Under the pieces are notes generated by a model. It was not told where the DNA came from. It saw only the letters and a list, made by a program, of their open reading frames with translations, and searched no databases. A DNA stretch of 64,000 nt from contig OZ249447.1 of assembly GCA_965235115.1 (NCBI GenBank), positions 22,010,001 to 22,074,000 on the forward strand, in the 5' to 3' direction. Position 1 is the stretch's first letter; each line of letters opens with the position of its first letter. Shown in pieces: positions 24,867 to 37,959 of this stretch. Source of the stretch: Laetmonice hystrix. Its lineage: Eukaryota. A program made the translations under genes and the position numbers.

Positions 24867-27800
24867 TATATAAATACGAGATATATTTTATGAGGCTTAA
24901 CAAGTTGGTGGCAGGCATGGTGTCAGACTGAATAGTTTTGTTGTGATGTGTTTAATGGATTGAACATATACTGGCTGTCCGTGTGTTGAATAGCCATCAC
25001 TTGATGTCCACTCTGGAACCGTGCACAGTTATACAGGTGATGATATTAATGGATTGGCGTCCAATACCTGTCCACACACTGAATGTGACATGAGTGGCTG
25101 CCAGGCCCGACGGCATCCATGGCAACAATTAATCTAAAGGTGCGACAAAAGGCCATTGTATATATATAAACGTCTATGTTGACCTTTACCCGGTAATGTA
25201 TATTTCCAGGGGAAGCAATGTGATGGACATAATTTGATTGACAACCCGAGATAGTCGTGTCATTCTCTGATGAAATCTCTTGGCCATCCTGGAAAAAGTT
25301 CGTTTGGATCAATTTAATCACGTTCGTGGGCGTTGTATTAGGTAGAGAGTGTAGGTATATATTACTGATCGCATAAAATGAGATCAGTAAGCACCAACTA
25401 ACTTGTCTGGCCGTACCTAACACAGACAGATATCCTCGGACTGAACCCCACCGAGGATTTAAAGGTGTGTGGTGATCATTTGGCGATATGCAAGAACGAA
25501 GCATTCCTCCGCCTTTACTCTGATCTGAACTCTGAACCCATTGATTCAGTGTCCTCGCCATCCCTCGACATGCACTGTGACCATTAGGGCCGTGTGCCCA
25601 GACCCAGTGTGTGAACGCGCCATGCCCCTCCGTCAGGGAGTAATTGCCCCCTGCTGAGACCATTTAAAGTCCTCGGTCAGACAGTACCAGTGTCTGTGAG
25701 GCAGTCAGTCAGCCAGCCAGTCGCTGGCTGTCCCCATACTGTCCACCGGGACCCCAGACAGAACAAGACGGTCCTCGGCGCGTGAATGGAATCGGAATCT
25801 AATCATGCCATACTCCCCCAGTGTCCTCTGACGGAGATTAGCCGGATCCGTCCAGTCCTATTGGCCGCTGAAGATTACATCGTTTTTTTCAGGACTATGA
25901 TCACTGATTAAGTTGGTTCTGATTTGATTTTCTGCCAGAAGTCCGGTGTTGAATGGCAGCCCTAGTTTAGAGATGGAGTAAGCCAGGGCAAGCTGGAACT
26001 GCTGGGGGTGAGGTACCAAGGCCTGGTCAGTCACTGGAGCAAGAAGTCAGAAAGTCAGAGCGGAGAGCTGCTGTGTTCATTACACACGGCTCCCTGGGTC
26101 CAGTCAAGATCCCCAGTAACCCTCACTCGAGTTCATCCGGCCAGTCGAGTGTCACTGATCATTCATCATTTGTCAGTCCTCCCTACCCAATTTCCTTACC
26201 AAGTGTAATTGATCCTTTACAGGGCAGTGGCTCATAATTCTGATGTTACTACTGGAGCCGACAGGGTTTCAAAAGCCATTGTGTCCCAAGACTTGATACA
26301 CTGAATCCTATTGATCAGTAAAAATCGGGTTGACAGGTTTCTAGGATGATAGAATCCACATCGGTATCCTGACCTAACCCTAGAGACTATAGACAAGGAT
26401 TTAATGTTACACTACATTCTGTCTTGTTGGTGGGCATGTACCATTTTGTAGCGCAGCTAAAGAAAAGGAAAATGTCAGGAAGGAGGATCTTTTTCTTTCT
26501 GCCAGAACACGTGTATGGATGTCGGTGAGAATTGCGATATCTGGGCCCAGTGTAAGTCTGGGTGTAGGAGTTCTCATTCATTCCATAGGCCTACTCTCCT
26601 ACGCTCTATCATCTGTTCGGACAGTGCTACGGCCGCCTTGACTCTCCATGTAAACAGGGCGAGTAATTTACTCAGGTAGATTACAAAATACCCGCCATGT
26701 CAAGAAGTCGACCCTGTAAATGGAGAGTGACAGTGAGTGAGACATGGAACACCCCAGCCTTTCAGACTTCTGCACCCGATGGCAAACCAGGAGTTGTTTT
26801 TTTTATACGTCCCTCTTTTTCCGACCAGTGCATCTTGTGTAACTCTTTACTCGTAACCTCGTAAGGCTCCGGATATCTGAATACCAGGCCTGTAGACGCT
26901 GACACGCAATCAGTGAACGCAGATGCCTTCTCTCCACTCCTCTTCTGGCTCAGTTGAGACGTTATGTAAGAAAAAAGGGCAAATTGTGAACGGACCCATG
27001 TGAAAACTAACACTTTTCCGGAGTGCTAATGTGGAGTGGGGGTCTAGACTGACATGAGACTGATATTAAAGGAAGTATGCTACTTTAGAGTACAGGGGGA
27101 AATCTTACTTCTGACTGTCTGTCGTAGTGCGACACATAGCACGAACAGACTGCTTGTTTAGTCCTCCAGACGAACTGCTCATTATAAGGGCAAGGAGCTT
27201 TGAGGGGGCAATTTAATCAGTTTGAGTCTCTAGTAGGCCCCTTGATTCCTGGTAATCTTATTTTGGGCTAAGGAGATGAAAGGCTTCTTTGATTTGGCAA
27301 TTGCTGATCAGTTGTATGACGTAGGCGTTATTGACAGAAGTATTAGTATGTGCGGGTTTCTATGGTGACCAGGAAAATGCATTTATACAGAGGCAAGATG
27401 TCGTACAAGGCCGACTCTATAGGTCGGGTTGTTGAGGTTGATTGGATGGGGAGCTGACGATGCTGTGGTTGCGTGTCAGGGCACATGCCGGAATCGCCAG
27501 TCTCAGCAGTGGTCACCTCCAGCTCTGCAGGGGGTGGTGGGGTGACCATGGGTGAGGTCATAGGTCACGGTCTGCATGGCTGGCCGTGTCAGCGGCAGGT
27601 ATAGAGAGCTGCTGACTGGCCTGCAACCTCGCCGGAATGCCTTGTAGTGTCCAACTCAGCGTTTTCACATCTGCTCCCGGTTGGAGGTCAAATACAGGGA
27701 GGGGACTGTGATATTCGATTCGCTGAAAAATTACGTCAAAACCAACCCGAACCAGAATACACGCCCCAAATGTTTTGTTGCTGAAGATCTTTTTAGCAAA

Positions 27801-30800
27801 GAATGAAAGGTAAATATTGGTTCGGTACCAGCGGTATTTTAGATAAGAAAGTTAAACGTTAAAGTTCACAAAGAAAGTGACATGTTAATTTTAAAGGCGG
27901 AAGTGAATTAAGCTCCATGTTTGGTTCTGGTTGCATGTTGAGTGCAAGTAACCTGCTTTAGATGACGGAAACAGAATTCATTTTATAACATGGTACATGC
28001 GACAAACTGAGACGAATTAAAATAATATTAATATAATAACAGTGACGGCTCTTGAAAATGGCGGTTTGATCGAAGAAAAGAAGTTTGCTGAATTCTACAA
28101 TCATATGTTATGTGTACCATCCACTTGACATGAACAAACGTGACTTGAACTTTTGCCACGGTAGGTGAAGTAGTGACAGTTGATGTAGGATGTGAAACAA
28201 AAACGCGACTAAAACTGCGGACTAAAATGAAAATATATGACAAAAAGGCTGACCCTTATGTTTGAAATATTTGATGCAGTTTGAGTATAAAAGAAATACA
28301 CTCTGGAACATCGATTTCCAATGTGAACGTGTGAAATTTCCAGATTTGACCCATTCACAGCGGGCCTACCTAGGATACTCACCTTTATAAAAGTCAGCAC
28401 AAAAACGTCATTTAAAAACCAATTGGACTGACTGCACGTCAATGGTTCCCCAGCTCAGAGTGTCTGCGAACATGATCATAGAATAGACGAGGGCAGCTGT
28501 CCCTGAATTGACCAGCTGGCAGTGACAATGTTGTAGACCCACCAGTGTCAATTGCCCTGATTCGGTCGACATAGCATTGTAAGCACGTGCTACTGGTATT
28601 CATTCAGATGTTTAAAGTTGCCACCTTTTTTGCCGCTCCATTGTAGTTGTGTCATGAATGTGAGTGACAAAAGTTTGGCCGGGATAGCGAGGATTCTTTC
28701 CTGCAAGGATATCCTGCTGACCAGAGCCTGTTAATGTCCAGCTGGGCAGCATCTAATGAGGGTATTAGTGGTCACTGTTGGCCTATTGTACAAGTGTCCG
28801 GCCACCCAACGTGACTCAGACCAACACCTGCCCTAGGTGGGTGATAGAGATTTATGACCTTCATGGTGCTGAAACCCGCTGGCTGGGGACTGGCACAGCA
28901 TGTCATCAACGGCTCAGCTCAAATCATGATCCCCACGCATCAACTGATGCCAACCACAGATATCAGAACGATAACCATCACTGGCCAGTTGTACGCTCTT
29001 GTGAAAAATGGCAATGAACATGAGTATATTTTTTCACGTTTGAGATTGGCATTTACAAATTTGTATTTGCAAAAATTTTGTATGAAGGGCTTGATAACGT
29101 TTATGTGCCTATGATAAGTATTGCCACATAACCGTCCAACTGAGCCGTGGAAGTTGTCACAATGTGATTGATTAATTTTCTCCTTCAAAGATCTGATATG
29201 AATATCATTATCACTGAATGTAGGTCAGTTGATTACATAATTTGGGAATTCGGAAATGGACCTCCAAATATGATGTGTTGTGGGTTATTGACATAAAAAT
29301 AGTGTAGAAATCAAATATTTCCAGGCCTTCCATTTTATTTTCAGCAGCTTGTATAGAAAGAGATAAGAACCTATAGTTATATATATTTGACATATTTTCA
29401 GTCAGTGCAGCACCCTTGTAGGGAGAACTCTGTCAGTAAAGTAATCTTTACAATTTTCATCATGTTCTCTCTGCTCGATCTCTCTCTTGTATGACGACTT
29501 CCCAATCAAGTTCTATTCAACAGCTGCTTGAAGTTTTTGCAACCTTTTGACTGGGGTAAACTGTTTGAGGTCCAGGGATGGTCGATAAATACATTCTGTG
29601 GGTTTTAAGTAGCATGCAGAGCTGTGTTGAAAGGTTACTGGTAAAATGAATGAATTATATTACGATAAATTACACAGTCAAGATGCTGACGGTAGCGTAG
29701 TAGTTACTATACCTAAATATATAGGAAACTCTTAGCTTTATCGTTAGCCCTTTTCAGAGTGCGATTCCTTCTTCCGAATTATTTAGCAAAAATTCAGCCT
29801 GATTGGGTATTGCTCACACGACCCGTTTTGTAGAGAAGGGGAAAAAACCATGGGAAAAAGGATGCTGGCCACAAAAGTGAAATTTACCACTTTTATAGCC
29901 TTCCACATGGATGAAAAGATATTAGAGGTTCATTGGTTTGGCAGTTTTTATAGAAAAATTTCAATCATGCTCGACCTGTTTTGGCCTGGAAAGGCAGACA
30001 TTCTATGTCTGGTTCAAGGCGGTTATGTAATAGCATGGGTAATTAGGTGAAAGCTTAGCATGTAACTATTGTGTTCTGTGGGACAATATAGTCTGGATGT
30101 GCCCGTCTGGCATTTTGTGTGAAATTAGCCTCGTTATCACCTGCTCCTAAGGTACCTCAGCAACGTTTCAAACACCCACACTGCACGCTATCCGGAGTGA
30201 AAAACACGGCTTCCAGACAGAAAACTTTTTACATGGAACAACATCAACATTATTAAAAGAGTTTGGTCCCGATGTTTTCTTCATTTGATTAAGACTGATC
30301 ACAGCCAGTAACATTGGCGCCGGGTCCAAAGTGACATGAAAATGGGCACACCGCTGCGAGAAAGGACAGATCTTTATTTTGTCGGAAATTGTATTATCTC
30401 AGTGTTCATGTGATGTATAGCGTTCCGTCAAATATTCTTATTGGCGGTAAACAGCTGTTTTTCTCACATACTCATAACTTTGGTTGGAAGGAATAATTTG
30501 CATCCGACCCTCCTAACCTTCATTTTAATGTTTGATTGTCAAGTTTAGAAACAGCAGCTGGGAAAGATGCCGACCGATGTCAAGGCCCTCCCCGACCACA
30601 TAGCCATCTTTCCGTGCATTATTCATCGCGAAATTCTTGTCGGAATAATTAATCTAGACCGGGCAATGATCCGTTTGGTTGGAAACAATACGTGAACATT
30701 GGCGTGTGTGAGGTAAATGTCGTGTGGTTTCCTTGACGGGGGGAACTGATCCTGCCACGTTAGTCGTGATTAACTGGTGCACAGTCATTCACCGATTGTT

Positions 30801-31829
30801 AGACGCCATGAAAAATGAACCAAGCCTCCATCACTCGGATGGTGTAATGTTTTGTCTGCAATGCAAATGAGTTCTGGTTTTGAAGGGTGAGAGGGAATTT
30901 GGACAGCTGTTTAGGAAAGCTGGGTTTGGGCGATGGTGGACCCCATGACTTGGGACCTGCCACGGACAACCGGCAGTGTGACTGGCGACCCATACTGGAT
31001 ACATCTGTGAGGTTCTGGTTACTGGAGCAAGGTGAGGGAGGGCAAAAACTGGCAGCAACGTTTCAACACCATATGGTACCTCAAGATAAGGCTTTGCTTG
31101 AGGCGGATGCTTCGTCCGCCAGGCAGGTGATCCAAAGGAAGGGGTCGTGACCTTGGATAAATTATGTGACCTTGAATTCGGAGATCATGAAGCAGGATCG
31201 GAATATAAAAGTAACGATCGAAATATTAATGAGTGATTATAAAGTGGAAAGTTGCGACAGATGTTAGGGAAATCAACGTTATAAGATAGCTCCATACTTC
31301 AAAATGTGAGTTGAAGTAGCAGTGGTGATAAGGTCGATCAGATTTTTACTCATTAACATCATCTGTCCAGCTAAATCAGGGGAGTGGATATGGATGTAAG
31401 AGAGGAACAAAGTAGTCGTGTTGATAAAGGTGACCTTTGGTTTAACTTTTCACCTAAGTCTGTCCAATCTGAGGCCGGCAGCCCTACCCTAATCCCACTT
31501 AATTTTAGCTTCTATCTCAGCATCCAACTTTCAACTGATCATTAATCATTGTTTCTCCAAATTAGATGGTGTGTGCCCGGCTGACGCCGACTCATCAATG
31601 GCGTGTCTATTATCTGGTTGTCGTTATCATTACCCCTGTAATTACACAGGTCATCAGTTGAAAGATTCCCCCTGAAGATGGCCTCCCAGACAATAACACC
31701 ATGGCATACATAGTCATTGATAGCGCCCCCTCTGTCCAGATCAGTCGAGCAGGGATGACTGAGAGAGAGAGCGGCTGGGCATACTGTGGCAGGCTTTTGT
31801 TGCCCCCATTGTCATTATTGTGTGTATTT

Positions 31830-31876
31830 GGGCGGGGGATGGGGGGGGGGGGGTTAGGGGGGGGCGGGGGAGGGGG
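31830..31876 (+). other. G-rich tract with G-quadruplex potential
   Basis: At least 6 G-runs including a 13-G run. Comparable long C-runs occur near 10460, 34620, 43370 and 52330. Confidence 0.6.
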
Positions 31877-34800
31877 CATGGACTTGAACTTTGATAAAGC
31901 TCAAATATTTGTATCAGCCGGTGCTCAGGAATGAAAATCTGGGTCAATTATATGCAGGTCTGCCTGATGTTCCTGGGACGATGTTCTGATTGTTAAGGGG
32001 TGGAGGGGCGAGGGATGGGGTTGTCATGGGGGTGTTGGGAGTTGGGGGTGGGTACACAGCAGTGATTGGATGGGGTAGGCTGAGCACTGGTCTGGGATTA
32101 TATTAACAGTCCCCTGGGTACATCACTAACGACGGTATTTTGTATTTTTACATTTTAGAACTTTCAACATGATTATTCCTGTCAGTTACCTTTTTGATGT
32201 TAGCCAGGTCAATGAACCAGAAATGAGAGTAAAGTTAGATTGCATTTTCATATGGGATGCGTTACTTACCAGGACAAGATGGTAAAAGGGTTGGGATATA
32301 ATTTGTTTAATGATTGATGGAGAGGGAGGTGTACATCATACACATGTATTATACCTGAGCTACGCCATCCTGTGCACTTAGGGACATTAACGTCCACGTA
32401 TCTGGAGCTACCCGTTCACCAGCACATTTTGACAGATGCTTGTGCTTCAGAATTAAACACAGAAGCTTTTACCAAAGTGCTGCCTCTGTTAACTTTTCCC
32501 ATTGCATCTTATCCCATGGGAAATTTCTTAGGGTGAAAAAGGCAGGTTCTGTACGCTGTAGATACATCTGAAATGTAGCTTTTTCTCTTGAGATGTCATG
32601 GAGTCAATTTCTGTAATGCAATCTGGTTAGGGTTCCAATACCCGAGGGTGTAGGTTCCAGGGCCCACGTACGTGAGGAGGGGGGTGGAGGGTGGCAGTAA
32701 GGGTGGGGTAAGCCACGCAATGCCCTACCTGCCGCAGAAAGGGCTGAAAACGGAGCGGCATGGGGTTTTGTATTTGTTTGGCCAATGTTCACGAACACAT
32801 GAATACATTTTTGTCATTCTGTGCATGGCTTGGAGTCTGCAGTGGCCTGGCAAAGAAGGCGTAGGGGGATCGACGCCCATAAGACCTGTGTTTTTATTCA
32901 ATGTTCTGCCCTGCCAAGCATACTGGACTCATGTTTGAGTTGCCTATATCAAATGACGGTGAAACATTAGGAAAGTTTACAAAACAACTTGTCTGCACCA
33001 GTGTACACAAGTACCATCGTCACTTGCCTGCCGTCCTCAGAGAACTCCCTTTTCAGCTTTGCACCTTTCCGTCTTTGCTTTGCGATCTTTTCTCCCCGTG
33101 TGAAGTGCGTTAAGGAATGGAAATGATGATCTAAGGTTATTGTCAATAAAGTCAGGTCTTCCTGAAGAAATCTTTTGAATTGTAATGCAACACCTCCCCG
33201 TCCCCCCACACCTCAAAGGAAACCCTTCTGGGCCCGCTGAGAAGATAGCTGTAAGCGTGCGCATAAATCTGTCTTCAGTAAACTAGTTTTTGGTTCTGGT
33301 CGGTATATTTATTGCCAGACGCAAAAATTTTGAGATACCAGAACTTTGAATATATCACTCAGTTGCGGAGTTACTGTTTTGTTCATATCCAGATGCTAAG
33401 ATTATACCCACCCCTTCCGAATACTAAAGGCATGTTGGAGCATCATAGATATTTGATGATGCAAACGCCATCAAATTATGTCCTGGAAAACAAGGAATTA
33501 TCTGATACAGGGATGCTTATTATACTCAAAAAGAACTTTTGAGTCATTAAAAATCCTTTTTACCGTAACCAGCAAAAGAACAAGATGTAACCATACTGCT
33601 GCGTACTAGAATATGAGCCGAGTTACAACCACAGTTATACCCAATAAAAATCTTGCCATTGGTGCTAGAAAGAGGGTCAGCAACCCTCGAGGGCCTAGTA
33701 CCCTGACAGTACTGAAGGCATGACAGACAGGACAGAGGCAATCCTGTGTGATCTTCCACTTGACCTAGAGACCAGTACACATTATGCTGTACAATGAAGG
33801 AGATCCGACCTACTTAGAGTATATAGTGTAAATCTAGGTGATTAGCCTGTAGCAGTTGCTTTGGTGGGACCTTGCTTTATCCCACTTTGCCGACGAACAA
33901 AGTGGGCGAATTTATAATGAGGATTTTTGCGACCATCCCGAGTGGCAGCCAACATGCAAGGACTACGCAATCAAACGCAATTATCAGATAGTTTTTATTT
34001 GGTAATAATTTATATTTGCACGAGAGACATATATGACTGTATTCTTGTTCGAGATGCAGGGGAACCGTGCAGGTTTAAAGAGGACAGGGAAAAAGTCGAC
34101 GGACTAGAATGCGATTTCTGTCTTCACTGACCTTATAAACTTGTACTAACAATGAGTAATTTTGGTCTGATTTGTGCCATGGCAGACCTATTTGCCGGCG
34201 TGTCGACACATTCATAGACTTGTTGACAATGGCATGGATTGTATACTACTACTGTATAGTAAAAAGTGGGTTAGTTCCCCACGCTTTGCTTGTGATTGGA
34301 GGAAGTCATACAAGTCGTACCACAATAGCGCAATGTCTGTTTGGAAATTATTAAGAAACCCCCTCCCACTTCACCGCTACCTCCCACACATCATATCGCG
34401 TGGATATGATATGAACCTGGTAGGGTGTAGGAGTAAAGGTTATCTGGTCTAGTGCGCTGAATCCTCGTCATACATACAACTTCTGACAACGTTCAGGGAC
34501 AAAGGACTAAACGTTCAGTAAGATGTAAGATTATGTGAGAAACAAGACTTTTCTCTCTGCCCCCCCTTTCTCTCCCTGAAGGATTATGATCCAACAATCT
34601 ATGGCCACGCTTATGGCCCCCCCCCCCCCCCCCCCACCTTTCCATCCTGTGAACCCATTCCGTCAGAAGTTTGATCTCCAGATGCCGGCAAATAGCATTT
34701 TTGGCCTTCCAAAATGAAAAATTTTCCGGCGGAGGATCCCCCTACGCCTGACCCCCCCTTCTGGTCAATCCTAGGTCATTCCTAGACTCAAACTTCGATT

Positions 34801-35090
34801 TTTGTCTTAATACATTGAAGATGGAATCAGTGACCCTTGATCATGATGGAGAGAGACAGAATCATTGGATCAGACCAGGGCCTTGAACAACCAACGGTTC
34901 CAGAGAGCATTCTACTTCAAACTTATTGGCACCTTTAATGTATACGCCATGGTATACCCAAATGTCAACAGTGTAAATCCATTGCATCTGAAGAAATTGT
35001 TAGTTGCAGGTACATAAGCCCGCTGAACGGGTTGATGTTGTCCTATCTTAGAGCCTAGAGGTTGGTTGGAGCATTGACTCCACGTTTATC

Positions 35091-35227
35091 ACCAGGCATG
35101 TTATGGAGGAGGCTGAGAGCTCCGGAGGGAGACAGGTCTCCAGGGAGACTGACCAGAACCAGGCATGTTATGGAGGAGGCTGGGGGCTCCAGAGGGAGAC
35201 AGGTCTCCAGGGAGACTGACCAGAACC
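35091..35227. repeat. 67-bp tandem duplication (2 copies)
   Basis: aggcatgttatggaggaggctg...gactgaccagaacc at 35094 and 35161. Confidence 0.9.
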
Positions 35228-36077
35228 GATAGGACGACGTCTGGAGGTGGTCAGATTGTACGACCCCAGCCCCGACGTTTCACACCGACTGCCTCCGATC
35301 GCCACCAGGCCACACGGGCTGGCCAGTCGGTCACAGCCGCGCTGGCCTTGGGAAAATATTAAATTGGATTATAAATGAAACGAAAAGTAAAGGTAGAGGA
35401 CCTCGGAGCCATGTAGTCCAATTTTTGTTTTCTTGACCACGTCCAGCACGTTTAGTAGTCGGTGCCCGACGCTGTTTTAGATAGTTACCGACTCTGTGTT
35501 CAACCGCATGTAGTGTGAAGGCCGTACTTCCTGACCAGAATGTCCCTTGTTGGGATATCCTTTTTCTGCCTGATTATCCTCTGGTTTCTACCAAATTGTA
35601 ACATCTTACAGGGTGGGCAGATATAGGATGTTATAGCACTAATTGTACGCTCCTCTCATGTGATTGACAACAAGGAAGGTTGCACCCCAAGAGCTGACTT
35701 GTGTGCTCAAGTTACATGTAGTTAATAACAAAATCTCATGCGTACTGGAAAGACGTTTATTTGCGGGATTAATTATTAAAGAAAGTGGGAGCAACACAGT
35801 TTGGCCGTTATGGAGACTTTGTGTGAGGAGCGAGACTTGTAAAATGGTAGGATCGATCGCTGCGGCAAACATAACGTGTAAAGGGATTCACACAGTAACA
35901 ATACGTGTAAATATTGAGTGAGAGACTGACTGAAAGGGGTTTACAGATGATGAGGGTTGAGTGTGGTCGGCAGAACAGGGTGCCATGCTCGGACTGATGA
36001 AAATGTTAAGATGGTGATGGGTGCATTACTGTTACCCTGCCATAGTGACATGTCATGTCATGTCATGATGTGATTAA

Positions 36078-36577
36078 CCCTGCCATGATGGCAGACAGTG
36101 ACATGTCATGGGAAGGTTACCCTGCCATGGTGGCAGACGGTGACATGTCATGAGAAGGTTACCCTGCCATGGTGGCAGACTTTGGCATGTCATGAGAAGG
36201 CTACCCTGCCATGGTGGCAGACAGTGACATGTCATGGGAAGGTTACCCTGCCATGGTGGCAGACGGTGACATATCATGGGAAGGTTACCCTGCCATGGTG
36301 GCAGACAGTGACATGTCATGGGAAGGTTACCCTACCATGGTGGCAGACAGTGACATGTCATGGGAAGGTTACACTGCCATGGTGGCAGACAGTGACATGT
36401 CATGGGAAGGTTACCCTGCCATGGTGGCAGACAGTGACATGTCATGGGAAGGCTACCCTGCTATGGTGGCAGACTTTAGCATGTCATGGGAAGGTCACCC
36501 TGCCATGGTGGCAGACAGTGACATGTCATAGGAAGGCCTGTCATGGGAAGGTTACCCTGCCATGGTTGCAGACTTTG
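36078..36577. repeat. 42-bp minisatellite, ~12 copies
   Basis: Unit ccctgccatggtggcagacagtgacatgtcatgggaaggtta; period 42 (36078, 36120, ...). Confidence 0.96.
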
Positions 36578-36985
36578 CCATAGGACGTTTACTCTGCTGT
36601 GGTTCACTATGATCGGCAGTCGGACTGTGATACATGTAGACGTAATGTCTCGGCCCATGCATACCACGACAGGGCAGGGACAGTCAGGTCGGGATGTGAT
36701 GGCAGTAATGGTGTCTACTTAAGTCATCCCTGGCATCCCAAGGTCTAACTTAGTGCTTGGTACTGAGGCCATGGCGCTTGCGTCAACACGTGTCCCATCT
36801 CTATAGACATCTGCACTACAAGGAGATACCTGCCCAAGTTGGTTGTATGTGAATACCTGCATGATATCATGGTAGATTCAGCATCCAGACAGATGGCAGT
36901 TCTATACCGTGAGACGGTCGCCACTGCTGTAGTCTGAGACATATGTTATCAATGAGAAACAGCACCGTAAGGCTCACAGTTATAA

Positions 36986-37145
36986 CAGGGGCGTAGACAA
37001 GGGGGGGCTTGGGGGGGCTAAAGCCCCCCCAGATTTTTAAGGGTGGCCTATAATAACCTATAACCTTTGTTCCCCAGGCCCAGGTTGTTTCTAGCAGTGC
37101 ACACTCTTCAGCCCCCCCAGATTTTACCACTTGTCTACGCCCCTG
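36986..37145. mobile_element. 160-bp MITE with perfect 16-bp TIRs
   Basis: caggggcgtagacaag ... cttgtctacgcccctg, flanked on both sides by TATAA (36981-36985 and 37146-37150). Confidence 0.88.
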
Positions 37146-37930
37146 TATAACGTGTGTTTGATATAATGATTGGCTCATTATTTAGAGATAACTCGAGTGT
37201 ATATTTATAGCGTATGGATATTGAAAATGTTGGAATGTGGGAGCTGAAAGGAGAAATACCACAAAGATTTTTGTCTGGAATGAAATTAGAGCTACCGAGA
37301 ATAGCGAGGGTGGACGGTAAAAAATGATTTATAAATGGAACCTGTAGGGGAACCCTCTTATTTCTACAGTAGTACAGTGTTGTAAGGATGGCTGCAGGGG
37401 AGGGAGAGGAAAAGTGTGTCAGAATCCAAGGCCTGTAGAAACCTCTCTGAGAAGTTGCAATTTTAGTTTCCAGTTTGCCATCACTGAATCCACTCAGTCT
37501 ACACGAGAGCCTCGCCTTACTGTAATAGGTTGCACCTGGCCTTGAGATGGCTGTATTTTGTAGGCAGGAGCATCAACGCAGAAAAACAACTGCTCTCAAT
37601 TCTTTAAATATAATTTTTGGCTAAAGTCTGTTTAAGCGAGCCTCAATGTTGAAACTGATTGATATTTGAGATCAGATACAGGGAAAATTCAAACATGGAT
37701 GATACATGTACATGTAAAATGGTAATTATTTTGGAGTTGAGTGATTCGACCTGCAAGGAGGAATCCGGGCGCTTGTTCAGAGGGAAGTGGCATGCACTTA
37801 GGTCGTGAATCACATCCTGATAACTTCAACATGATTCAGGTTGGATTTTTTTTGTTTCTCCATTTGCTCCAAATCTCGCAGCATCCAAGATTTGTTTGCA
37901 AGGTTTGTTTGCGAATTCCAGCTGCATTTA

Positions 37931-37959
37931 AGCAGCAGCAGCAGCAGCAGATGCAGCAG
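37931..37959. repeat. Short (CAG)n microsatellite
   Basis: gcagcagcagcagcagcagatgcagcagc; intronic, with no flanking splice context. Confidence 0.8.
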
